From Candidatus Dormiibacterota bacterium (GTDB lineage Bacteria > Chloroflexota > Dormibacteria > Aeolococcales > Aeolococcaceae), in NCBI GenBank assembly GCA_963713485.1, contig CAVQLW010000005.1, positions 196,052 to 260,051 on the forward strand: 64,000 nt of DNA. Direction: 5' to 3'. The notes beneath the pieces are model-generated. The model was not told the DNA's origin. It saw nothing but the letters and a program-made list of their open reading frames with translations, and made no database searches. Positions 45,868-56,325 of the stretch are shown here, piece after piece; position 1 is the first letter of the stretch; each line of letters begins with the position of its first letter. A program made the position numbers and the translations under genes.

Positions 45868-47841
45868 ATGCCCTCGGCCCCGCCGAGGTGGCGGCGCATG
45901 GTGCCCCTCGCCGCAGCGCTGGCCGTGGTCCTCGCGGGCTGCAGCTCGTCGCCGGCGCCCACCCCCACCGCGCCGATCGATGTGCCGATCGCAGCCGGCG
46001 GGACGCTGACCGTCGGCGTCTGGCAGTCGCCGTCCACCCTGCTCGACGCCGGCATCGTGGGCGATCTCCCCTTCGCGGACATCATCGCCGCCCCCGTGGA
46101 GGAGGGGCTCCTCTGGTATCGCTCGACCGCGGCCACCGCAACCACGACGTCACCGGCGGACTACTGGAGCCCTGACCTCGCGACGGAGGCGCCGACCATC
46201 GCGAACGGCGGCGTGCAGACGAGTGGATGCGCGAACACCGCAGCGGTGATGTGTGTGACGTGGCATCTCCGCCAGGGCGTTCACTGGGACGACGGGAGTG
46301 AATTGACCGCGCACGACGTCTGCGACACGTTCGCGATCCACTGGCTGGCGTACGGCGCTGTCGGCAAGCCGAGCCCCACGCCGCTCGCCTCGACCGCGGG
46401 GTGGAACCAGGTGATCAAGTGCACGGAGGTGGACCGCTACACGGCGCTCGTCGACTTCAAGAGCCAGTACGGGCCGTACCTCGCGCTCGGCAGTGGCGTC
46501 GACGGGATCCTGCCGGCGTCCGTGGTCGATCCCATCCTCGCCTCCGGTGGCAGCCTCGCGTCGAGCACGCACAGCTTCGACCTCAGCTCGGGATCGGGCA
46601 ACACCGCCGCGTTCCACGGGACGGCCGATCTCGGGCACGTGCTCGACGGCACGGGGCCGTTTGTGATGTCCAGCTACACGCCCGGCTCGGAGGTCGTGCT
46701 CGTTCGCAATCCGGACTACTGGAACACACGGGCTCTCGCGCACCTTGACAAGCTCATCTTCAGGATCGAACCGGATCTCGCCACCGAGGAGCAGGACGTG
46801 CGCTCGGGCGCGGTGCAGGTGGGGCTCGATCTCGGGCTCACCGTGTTGCCCGACCTCGTGGCCGCGGCGAAGAAGGGGAAGGTGCCCCTCGAGGTCGAAC
46901 CCGTGGCCGGCGCCGGCGCCGAGGTCCTCATGTTCAACCTCTGCGCGACCGACGGCGGTCTCTGCGCGAACCCGTCAGCGACCGAGAACGAGGACACCGC
47001 GGATTCCACCGTCCGCCACGCGATCCTCCTCGGCATCGACCGCGAGGCGATCGTGGCCGCTGTCGCACCCGGTGCCACCACGATCCCCCCCAACTCGTGG
47101 ATGAGCCTCGGGGCGAGCTATCTCGCAGGTTCCGGAGTCGCCACCACCGCATATGACGAGACGCAGGCGAACGCGCTGCTCGACGGCGCGGGTGACACGC
47201 GCAACGCGAAATGCGGCAGCGCCCCCGACGGGCAGGACTTCCGCGCGTTCAAGGACGGCACCTGCATCGTCATCAACCTCGGCACCACCAGCGACGACGC
47301 GGAGCGAGTTGCCGTCGAGTCGATGATCAGGAGCGATCTTGCCAAGATCGGCATCAACGTGCCGGCGCCGTTCGACCCCAACCTTCCGGCCGCACGCTTC
47401 TTCGACACCCTCGCCGACTCGGGACCGCTCGCGACCCACGCCTTCGACATGGCGATGTACTCGGTGAGCCTCGGCCTCCCCGGTGAACCGGACACCTATT
47501 CGGCGACGTGGCACGGTGACTGCGGAGGCGCCTGTCCGAGTGAGGACGAGATCCCGTCGAGCGCCAACCTGGGCGTGGGAATGAACTTCAGCGGGCTGAA
47601 TGACACCCAGCTCGACAGCGACCTCGACATGGGCCGCACCACGGCGGATCCGACCGCACGGACGCACGACTACATGGCCGCCGATCAGGAGCTCGCGACT
47701 CTGCTGCCGGCGATCCCGCTGTACCGGCAGGTCATCGTCAACACGTACTCGACGAGCCTCTTCGGGGTGGTGCAGAACGAGCTCATCCCGGACTTCGACA
47801 CGGCGGCGTGGTACTGCGCAGGAGGCACCTGCGCCCGGTAG
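45868..47841 (+). CDS. ABC-transporter-type family-5 (peptide/nickel/opine) solute-binding lipoprotein, with no cognate permease or ATPase genes nearby
   Basis: Lipobox LAGCSSS after an RWRR n-region. A roughly 650-aa SBP family 5 pattern. Divergent from the two-component system. Confidence 0.8.
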   Translation: MPSAPPRWRRMVPLAAALAVVLAGCSSSPAPTPTAPIDVPIAAGGTLTVGVWQSPSTLLDAGIVGDLPFADIIAAPVEEGLLWYRSTAATATTTSPADYWSPDLATEAPTIANGGVQTSGCANTAAVMCVTWHLRQGVHWDDGSELTAHDVCDTFAIHWLAYGAVGKPSPTPLASTAGWNQVIKCTEVDRYTALVDFKSQYGPYLALGSGVDGILPASVVDPILASGGSLASSTHSFDLSSGSGNTAAFHGTADLGHVLDGTGPFVMSSYTPGSEVVLVRNPDYWNTRALAHLDKLIFRIEPDLATEEQDVRSGAVQVGLDLGLTVLPDLVAAAKKGKVPLEVEPVAGAGAEVLMFNLCATDGGLCANPSATENEDTADSTVRHAILLGIDREAIVAAVAPGATTIPPNSWMSLGASYLAGSGVATTAYDETQANALLDGAGDTRNAKCGSAPDGQDFRAFKDGTCIVINLGTTSDDAERVAVESMIRSDLAKIGINVPAPFDPNLPAARFFDTLADSGPLATHAFDMAMYSVSLGLPGEPDTYSATWHGDCGGACPSEDEIPSSANLGVGMNFSGLNDTQLDSDLDMGRTTADPTARTHDYMAADQELATLLPAIPLYRQVIVNTYSTSLFGVVQNELIPDFDTAAWYCAGGTCAR

Positions 47842-47891
47842 CGCCGGGGGCCCGGACCGGGTCATGGACGCCGAGCCTATACTCGGCCATC

Positions 47892-49335
47892 GTGCGTCAG
47901 GTCAGCGAGCGAGCGCTCGATGCGGCGTCCGCCGCGGGCGCCTCGTACGCCGACTGCCGTGTGATCAACCGCACCGTGCAGAAGATCACCGTCAAGAACG
48001 GCGTGGTCGCGTCGGTGGAGCTGCTCGAGGACGAGGGTGTCGGCATTCGCGTGATCACCGACGGCGCATGGGGATTCGCCGCCGTCGACGTGCTCGACGC
48101 GGCGGCGGTGGAGGATGCGGCGCGTCACGCCGTCCGCATCGCGAGGGCTTCAGCGCGGGTCAATCGCGTCCCGGTGCGTCTCGCGCCGGCGCCGGCGCTC
48201 ACCGGCGAGTACCGGACGCCCGTCGTGCGCGATCCGTTCGCGGTCTCGCTCGACGACAAGGTGGACCTCCTGCTGCGGACGGATGCGGCGATGTCGCATC
48301 TTCCCCAGGTCCGCATCCGTGAGTGCTCGCTGGAGTTCGTGCGCGAGCAGCGCCATTTCGCGAGCAGCGAGGGCGCGCTGCTCGATCAGACCATCATCGA
48401 GTTCGGGCGGCGGGCTCGACGCCACCGCGACGAGCGATGACGAGGTGCAGACCCGGAGCTTCCCCAACAGCTTCGGCAGGCATCAGATCTGCGCGGGCTG
48501 GGAGGCGATCGAGGCCTTCGACCTCCCGGGCAACGCGGAGCGGATGGCCGAGGAGGCGGTTGCGCTCCTCACCGCCGATCCGTGTCCCGCCGGCACCATG
48601 ACCGTGATCCTCGACGCGACCCAGGCGGCGATGCAGGTGCACGAATCGTGCGGACATCCGACCGAGCTGGACCGGGTGCTCGGACACGAGGCCGCATATG
48701 CGGGCACATCGTTCCTGACGCCCGACCTACTCGGCACGTTCCGATACGGGAGCGAGCACGTGACGCTGACGGCCGACTCGACGCGTGCTCCCGGCCTCGG
48801 CACCTTCGGGTGGGACGACGAGGGGGTCGCCGCGCAGCGTTCCGTGCTCGTCGACCAGGGTGTGTTCACCGGGTACCTGTCGTCGCGCGAGACCGCCGCG
48901 ACCATCGGCCAGCTCAGCAACGGCACGATGCGCGCCGACGGCTGGTCGCGTCTCCCGATCATCCGCATGACGAACATCAACCTCGAACCGGGGACGTCCT
49001 CGCTGGAGGAGATGATCGCGACCACCGAGCACGGGGTGTTCCTCGAGATGAACCGCTCGTGGAGCATCGACGACCGCCGCCTCAACTTCCAGTTCGGCAC
49101 GCAGAACGGCTGGGAGATCGTCGACGGCAAGCGGACCCGGCTCGTGCGCAATCCGATCTACAGCGGGCAGACCCCCGAGTTCTGGCGGTCGTGTGACGCC
49201 GTCGCGGGTCCGTCGGAATGGCGCATGTACGGCGTCGTCAACTGCGGGAAGGGGCAGCCGTCGCAGCTGATGCACGTCGGTCACGGGGCCGCTCCGTGCC
49301 GGTTCCGCAATGTCCGGGTGGAGCCCGCGCGGTGA
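47892..49335 (+). CDS. tldD: TldD/PmbA-family metalloprotease TldD, with an apparent frameshift near 48405
   Basis: The N-terminal half lies in frame 1 (to 48440) and the C-terminal half in frame 2 (from about 48400; HESCGHP zinc motif, MTNINLEPG). The junction IIEF|GGGLDATA is restored by deleting one G from gggcggcggg. Confidence 0.8.
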
Positions 49336-50651
49336 GCGCCACCGAGCTGCTCGCGCTCGGCGACAAGGCGCTCGCCCGGCTCGAGCACGGCGAGGCCGAG
49401 GTGATGATCCTCGACGATCACAGCGAGCTCACCCGGTTCGCCGGCAACGAGATTCACCAGAGCGTCGCCGAACGCTCCCGGTTCGTTCGCGTCCGTCTCA
49501 TCCACGACGGCAGGTGCGGCGTCGGCGAGGTGCGGGGGCACGGCGAGCGCGCGGTCGAGCAGGCGATCGCCGCGGCGGAGCAGAGCCGGCGCATGACCTC
49601 GGTGTCCGACGTCTCGCCGCTGCCGGCGCCTGACGGTGGTGCGGACGGCCCCGTCGCGTACGCCGCCGCGACCGCGGCGGCGACACCGCAGGAACGCGCC
49701 GACCGCGTGTCCGTCGTCACGAGCGCGGCCGCGGGCCGGGGTCTCGACGCCTACGGCGCGCTGAGCACGACGACGACGACGACCGCCATCGTCAGCAGCG
49801 CGGGAGTGCGCCGCGCTGCGGCGACCACCCAGGCAAGCCTGGTCACGGTCGTGCGCGGCTCCGACGGGGGTGGGTACGCGTCGCGGCACTCCGCCGACAT
49901 GGACGCGCTCGAGGTGAGCGACCTCGCGGCCGAGGTGGTCGACACGTGCGAGCGCAACCAGCACGCGACCGCGATCGATCCGGGCGACTACGAGGTGATC
50001 CTCGCGCCGTACGCGGTGACCGACATGCTCGAGCACCTCGCGTGGGTGGGATTCAGCGCGCTCGCCACGCAGGAGCACCGCAGCTTCATGAAGATGGGCG
50101 AGCGCCTGATGAACGAGCGGGTGACGATCCGCGACGACGCCACCGCGCGTGACGTGTTCCCGTTCCCGTTCGACGACGAGGGCGTGTCAACCCACCCGGT
50201 GACGTTGATCGATCGCGGCGTCTGCGCCGGCGTGGTCTACGACACGCCGACCGCGCTGTGCGACGGCGTCGCGTCCACAGGGCACTCGCTGCCCCAGCCC
50301 AACACCTGGGGACCGCTGGCCCGTCACATGACGATGGAGGGCGGCGACGCCGCCTGGCAGGACCTGGTCGGCTCGGTGTCCCGCGGGCTGTACGTCACAA
50401 GGTTCTGGTACGTCCGCGACGTCCACCCGTTGCGCACCGTCATCACCGGGATGACACGCGAGGGGACCTTCCTGATCGAGGACGGCCGGATCACCCGTCC
50501 GGTGAAGGACCTGCGCTTCACCCAGAGCATCGTCGGCGCCCTCGACGCGGTGGTCGGGGTGAGCCGCGAGCGCCGCCTCGAGCTCGGCGAAGGCGCCTCC
50601 GGCGTGCTCGCGCCCTGGTTGCAGATCGGTCGCTTCACCTTCACGTCGTAG
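49332..50651 (+). CDS. TldE/PmbA-family protein (TldD partner)
   Basis: PmbA_TldD-family C-terminal pattern (GLYVTRFWYV...GMTREGTF). The GTG start overlaps the tldD stop (GTGA). Confidence 0.8.
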   Translation: MSATELLALGDKALARLEHGEAEVMILDDHSELTRFAGNEIHQSVAERSRFVRVRLIHDGRCGVGEVRGHGERAVEQAIAAAEQSRRMTSVSDVSPLPAPDGGADGPVAYAAATAAATPQERADRVSVVTSAAAGRGLDAYGALSTTTTTTAIVSSAGVRRAAATTQASLVTVVRGSDGGGYASRHSADMDALEVSDLAAEVVDTCERNQHATAIDPGDYEVILAPYAVTDMLEHLAWVGFSALATQEHRSFMKMGERLMNERVTIRDDATARDVFPFPFDDEGVSTHPVTLIDRGVCAGVVYDTPTALCDGVASTGHSLPQPNTWGPLARHMTMEGGDAAWQDLVGSVSRGLYVTRFWYVRDVHPLRTVITGMTREGTFLIEDGRITRPVKDLRFTQSIVGALDAVVGVSRERRLELGEGASGVLAPWLQIGRFTFTS

Positions 50652-50675
50652 ACGGCGCGGGTAGGATCGCTGCCC

Positions 50676-51398
50676 ATGGGACGCTCGCCGATCATCGGGA
50701 TCACGCTTCGCGGTGGGCCCGCCCACGCGCCTCCGCACGTCGTCGGTCGCAATCGCGCGTACTTCGACGCGCTCCAGGCCGCCGGCGCGACCCCGGTCGG
50801 GATCAGCTCGTCGCTCTCCGAGACGGGGCTGCGCGCGATCTTCGACCTCTGCGACGGGCTGTGCCTGCCCGGCGGTCCGGACGTCGAGCCGGCCCTGTAC
50901 GGCGAGGAGTTGCGCGCGGACTGCGCGGTCGAGGTGGACGTCGAGCTCGATCGCGCCGAGATGCGGCTCACCCAGTGGGCGCTCGACGCCGACAAGCCGC
51001 TGCTCGCGATCTGTCGCGGCGCCCAGGTGCTCAACGTCGCGCTCGGCGGGACGCTCTGGCAGGACGTCGGGGCCCTCGGCGCGACGGAGCACGACCATTA
51101 CCCGGAGGCATCGCGCGCCGACCTGACCCATCACATCGAGGTCGATCCCGGCTCGCGGCTCCACGCCATCGCGGGCGAGGAGCTCGTCGACGTGAACAGC
51201 ATGCACCACCAGGCGGTGCGCGACCTCGGCCGCGACCTCGTCATCACGGCGCGCGCACACGACGGGCTGGTTGAGGCCGTCGAGCACCCGGGCAGGCGGT
51301 TCGTCGTCGGGGTCCAGTGCCATCCGGAGGAGCTGTACCTCGAGCGCGCGTGGGCTCGCCGGCTCTTCGTCGACTTCGTCGCCGCGTCGCGTGGGTGA
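50676..51398 (+). CDS. Gamma-glutamyl-GABA hydrolase-like class I glutamine amidotransferase (peptidase C26)
   Basis: Catalytic Cys in the LAICRGAQ motif and His in VQCHPE. Confidence 0.8.
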   Translation: MGRSPIIGITLRGGPAHAPPHVVGRNRAYFDALQAAGATPVGISSSLSETGLRAIFDLCDGLCLPGGPDVEPALYGEELRADCAVEVDVELDRAEMRLTQWALDADKPLLAICRGAQVLNVALGGTLWQDVGALGATEHDHYPEASRADLTHHIEVDPGSRLHAIAGEELVDVNSMHHQAVRDLGRDLVITARAHDGLVEAVEHPGRRFVVGVQCHPEELYLERAWARRLFVDFVAASRG

Positions 51399-52983
51399 CG
51401 GGGAGGCGAACCCGGACCGGTTGCGCCGCCGGATCTGGATCGGCGCCATCGCGATCGGCGCGGCCCTCGTGGTCCTCCGCAACCTCGTCGATCTCTCCGC
51501 ATCCCCTCCCGGGCTGTACGTCGACGAGGCGTCGATCGGCTACAACGCCTGGACGATGGCCCACTTCGGGGTCGACGAGCACGGGATCCACGTGCCGCTC
51601 TTCTTCGAGGCGTTTGGTGAGTACAAGAACCCGATCTACGTCTACGCGGTCGCGGCCCTGCTGCGCTTCCTGCCGCTGACCGTCGCCGTCGAGCGGCTCC
51701 CCGCGGCGATCTTCGGGCTCGTGGCGGTGGGGTTTCTCACCGCAACCGCCTGGCGGCTCACCGGGTCACGCGTGATCACGCTCGGCTTCCTGGCGCTCAC
51801 GGCGCTCACCCCCTGGCTGGTCATCGAGAGCCGCGTCGGCTTCGAGACGATCTCGATGGTGGCGCTCCTCGCGGCGGCACTCTGGTGCCTGGCCGGCAGC
51901 CCCCCGTCGGCGCGGCAGTTCGGCGCCGCGGGTGTGCTGCTCGCATTCGCCATCTACGGGTACACCACGGCGCGCCTCGAGATCCTGCTGCTCGCGATCG
52001 CGCTGGGCATCGCCTGGGGCATCGCGCGGACTCCGGGATGGTGGCGCGCGATCGTGCCGGTGGTCGCGGGCTACGGCGTCCTCGGTGTCTACATGCTGCT
52101 CAACCCCGGAGCGCTGACCGGGCGGTTCGCGCTCATCAGCATCTGGGCCGACGGGGCGCCGCTCGGCACCGTCATCGACCGCTTCCTCGTCAACTACTTC
52201 TCGTACTTCGGGGCGGGGTTCCTCTTCCTCTCGGGTGACGCGAACCCGCGGCAGAACACCGAGATCGGCGGGATGCTCCTCTGGGTGGCGGCGCCGCTGA
52301 TCATCGCCGGGATTCTCGTCTGCTGGCAGCGGCGCCGCGAACCGCTCGTGCGATTCCTCGTCGCCGCGATCCTGCTCGCGCCGATCGCGGCCGCGCTCAC
52401 CAACAACGGCACCCCGCACGCGCTGCGGTCCTCGGTGATGCTGCCCTTCCTCATCGTGCTGGCGGTGCTCGGCGCCGACGGCATCCGCCGGATGATCGGC
52501 AGCCGGGCGGGCCTCGGCATGGGTGTCGCCGCCGTGCTCGGCGCCGGCATCCTCGCCCAGGGCGCCGTCTACACGATCGATCTGTACTCGGCGTACCCGA
52601 ACCGGGCGGCGGCGTTCTTCGACACCGGCGAGACCGCGGCCATCGCGACGGCGCACGCGGACTCGCTCGGCCACGCCGTCTACCTCTCGGAGTCGCTCGA
52701 CCAGCCCTACATCGAAGCCTTCTTCGCGCTGCTCCCACCACCACCGCATCAGCCGGTCACCGACGACGCCACCCCGGGACTGACCGCGCTCGGCATGCAG
52801 GTGGCCACGCCGCAGATCGCAGAGCAGCGAGCCGCGACGGGTGACCTGCTGGTGCTCGCCTCGTTCGATCCCACCCCGCCGAGCGGATGGTCGCTGGTCG
52901 CGACCGAGCGCGCACCCGCGAGCGCGGCGGATCCTTCGGCGCCTCGGCCCATACTGATCCGCGTCTACCGGTTGGGCGGATAA
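51391..52983 (+). CDS. GT-C glycosyltransferase, family 39/ArnT-like (polyprenol-phosphate-sugar-dependent membrane glycosyltransferase)
   Basis: YVDEASIGYNAWTMAHFG N-terminal loop motif and a multi-TM body. The GTG start overlaps the upstream stop. Confidence 0.7.
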   Translation: MGDGEANPDRLRRRIWIGAIAIGAALVVLRNLVDLSASPPGLYVDEASIGYNAWTMAHFGVDEHGIHVPLFFEAFGEYKNPIYVYAVAALLRFLPLTVAVERLPAAIFGLVAVGFLTATAWRLTGSRVITLGFLALTALTPWLVIESRVGFETISMVALLAAALWCLAGSPPSARQFGAAGVLLAFAIYGYTTARLEILLLAIALGIAWGIARTPGWWRAIVPVVAGYGVLGVYMLLNPGALTGRFALISIWADGAPLGTVIDRFLVNYFSYFGAGFLFLSGDANPRQNTEIGGMLLWVAAPLIIAGILVCWQRRREPLVRFLVAAILLAPIAAALTNNGTPHALRSSVMLPFLIVLAVLGADGIRRMIGSRAGLGMGVAAVLGAGILAQGAVYTIDLYSAYPNRAAAFFDTGETAAIATAHADSLGHAVYLSESLDQPYIEAFFALLPPPPHQPVTDDATPGLTALGMQVATPQIAEQRAATGDLLVLASFDPTPPSGWSLVATERAPASAADPSAPRPILIRVYRLGG

Positions 52984-53047
52984 ACGCCCGTCCGCTGGTA
53001 TGGTTGGCTATCCGACCAAGCGCCCTGAGAGGGAGATGAGGAGACCC

Positions 53048-54214
<1,167 letters not shown>

Positions 54215-54351
54215 GGTGAGCGAGCGGCTCGAACGGGTGATTCCGGGCCGGAAGCCGCAGGGTGACGGGTTGGTCACGCCTCTCCGAGATCGCCGAAACC
54301 CCGCGATATATTCAGCCGGCTTCCGGCATGACCCCAGCGACGAGTACCGCT

Positions 54352-54717
54352 ATGAAGAGAGTCCTGATCATCGAGGACTACTACGCGCTCGCCGACATCG
54401 AGTCTCTGCTCTGCACGATGGAGGGCTATGAGGTGAAGGTGGCGAAGAGTGGAGACGAAGGCCTCACGGCGTTCGGAGAGTTCCAGCCGGACCTCGTGCT
54501 GCTCGACCTGATGCTCCCGGGTGATCTCTCCGGCCACCAGGTGCTCGAGCGCATCCGCGCGGATCACGGCAACGACCCGAAGGTGCTGGTGGTCAGCGCG
54601 CTCGTCAACGCCTCGACCGCCCCGAGCCTCGAGGCGTACGGCAACGTCCAGACCCTGGCCAAGCCGTTCAAGATCAAGGAACTCGCGTCGCGCATCCACT
54701 CGATGCTCACTCCGTAG
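54352..54717 (+). CDS. Stand-alone receiver (CheY-like) response regulator domain protein
   Basis: REC motifs: the acidic pair IIEDYY, phospho-acceptor LLDLMLPG and SALVN...KP. There is no output domain. Confidence 0.8.
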   Translation: MKRVLIIEDYYALADIESLLCTMEGYEVKVAKSGDEGLTAFGEFQPDLVLLDLMLPGDLSGHQVLERIRADHGNDPKVLVVSALVNASTAPSLEAYGNVQTLAKPFKIKELASRIHSMLTP

Positions 54718-54740
54718 GAGCACTACACTCAGGGGGGACG

Positions 54741-55034
54741 ATGCGAGCAGAACCACCGCCGCCACAGCGCGGCCGGCCCGAACCGCAGCGCCAGTCGGCG
54801 CCGTCGCGGACGCGCGGGCGCCGATGCCCGTACCTCGAGCAGATCATCAAGGAGAGCGCCGGTCCGTTCGGCCTCCTGACCCGCTTCAAGGCCGACTGCC
54901 ATGTCGATCGGCAGACCCATCACTTCACCGGGCGCCATCCGGTGCCACCGTGCGTCTCCTCCCCCGAGTCCTGCGCGCTGTACAAGCACGAGCACGGGGC
55001 CGAGGACGACCGCATCCGCCGCTACACCGAGTAG
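54741..55034 (+). CDS. Hypothetical small Cys/His-containing protein (97 aa)
   Basis: An ORF immediately downstream of the receiver gene, with plausible codon usage. No family recognisable. Confidence 0.35.
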   Translation: MRAEPPPPQRGRPEPQRQSAPSRTRGRRCPYLEQIIKESAGPFGLLTRFKADCHVDRQTHHFTGRHPVPPCVSSPESCALYKHEHGAEDDRIRRYTE

Positions 55035-55086
55035 GCCCGGTCCGGAGCCGCATGGGTTCCGGTGGTCGTCCCGGGGTCGGACGTCC

Positions 55087-56253
55087 TCAGGTCGGCAGTG
55101 GCGCGTGGGTCAGCGTTCTCGCGTGGTGTGGAGCGATGTCGCTCAGATACAGAAGGGCCACGCCGACCAGGGCCGCGGCCTCCGTGATCGCCCACGACGG
55201 CGGCAGCGCCAGATCGAAGAGGAAGGCGGCTGACAACGTGATGGCGGCGGCGAGCGCGTGACGGCTGTGATCGCGCGCCCAGAGAACGATCACCGGGGCG
55301 ACGATCATCAGGTCGTACGGCAGCAGGTGGGGCGCAGCGACCATCGAGAGGAGCACGCCGAGCGACAGCAACCGGTCGCCTGTCAACGACCGCAGCCATG
55401 TGCGGCCGCCCAGCAACGCGAGGGTGATCCCGGCCGCCAGGAGGCCTGATGCCACGACCACCCCCGCCGGCGAGGCCCCGAATGCGGCCAGCATGTGCGG
55501 GAGCGAGATGCCGGGGCGGGCGACGATGTTCGGCGAGATCTGGTGGAGCCATCGCGCGGCGTCGGACCATCCCAGCACCGCGATGCTGGAGATCACCATG
55601 ACGGCCGCGCCGGCGACCATGCCGTAAAGAACGCGCCACCGTCCGCCGATCACCAGCACGACGGGCACGAGCCAGACGAGCTGGGGCTTCAGCAGCAGGA
55701 TGGAGAGCAGCAGCCCGGCCAGCACCGGGCGATCGCGCCGGAGCACGACGTACGCGCCCGTGAGGGCAAGGGCGAGCAGCGCATCCCACTGTCCGTACGC
55801 GAACGCCATCGCTGCCGGGAGCGACCCGAACGCCGCGACGGCGGTCAGCACCTGGCGGCCGTCGCGCGGCGTCTGGCGCAGGAGCAGCCACGCCGCACCG
55901 GCGGCGGCGGCCAGTGACACGCCGAGGAACAGGGCCAGCGCGACGCGCGGGCTCAGATAGGTCAGCGGCTGCAGCAGCCAGGCGCCGAGCGGCGGATTGT
56001 CGTACTGGAACGAGAAGATCGGCACACCGGTGGCGAAGAGGTGCTGCGCGTGTGCCTGGAGGCACCCCGAGCAGTAGATGGCGTGGTCGCCGCGGCGCAG
56101 CATGTCCGCCGCCGTGAAGAAGCTCGACAGGAAGTCGGTGTTGAAGGCGTCGCGCAGGGCGCGCAGCATCTCGGCGACGACGTTCGCCAGGAAGACGCAC
56201 GCCATGAGGAGCCCGGCGCAGCGCGCCAGCCATCGGGTGGCGGCATTCCCCAT
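55087..56253 (-). CDS. DUF2029/GT87-like polyprenol-phosphate-mannose-dependent membrane glycosyltransferase
   Basis: Multi-TM protein with the DUF2029 pattern of actinobacterial alpha-(1,2)-mannosyltransferases. Confidence 0.6.
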   Translation of the reverse strand: MGNAATRWLARCAGLLMACVFLANVVAEMLRALRDAFNTDFLSSFFTAADMLRRGDHAIYCSGCLQAHAQHLFATGVPIFSFQYDNPPLGAWLLQPLTYLSPRVALALFLGVSLAAAAGAAWLLLRQTPRDGRQVLTAVAAFGSLPAAMAFAYGQWDALLALALTGAYVVLRRDRPVLAGLLLSILLLKPQLVWLVPVVLVIGGRWRVLYGMVAGAAVMVISSIAVLGWSDAARWLHQISPNIVARPGISLPHMLAAFGASPAGVVVASGLLAAGITLALLGGRTWLRSLTGDRLLSLGVLLSMVAAPHLLPYDLMIVAPVIVLWARDHSRHALAAAITLSAAFLFDLALPPSWAITEAAALVGVALLYLSDIAPHHARTLTHAPLPT

Positions 56254-56325
56254 GGGGGCAAGGTACGGTCGGCCCCGCGCCGCCGCCCGAGCGGCAACCG
56301 AATCGTTTCCCTGTTGAGTTTCGGG

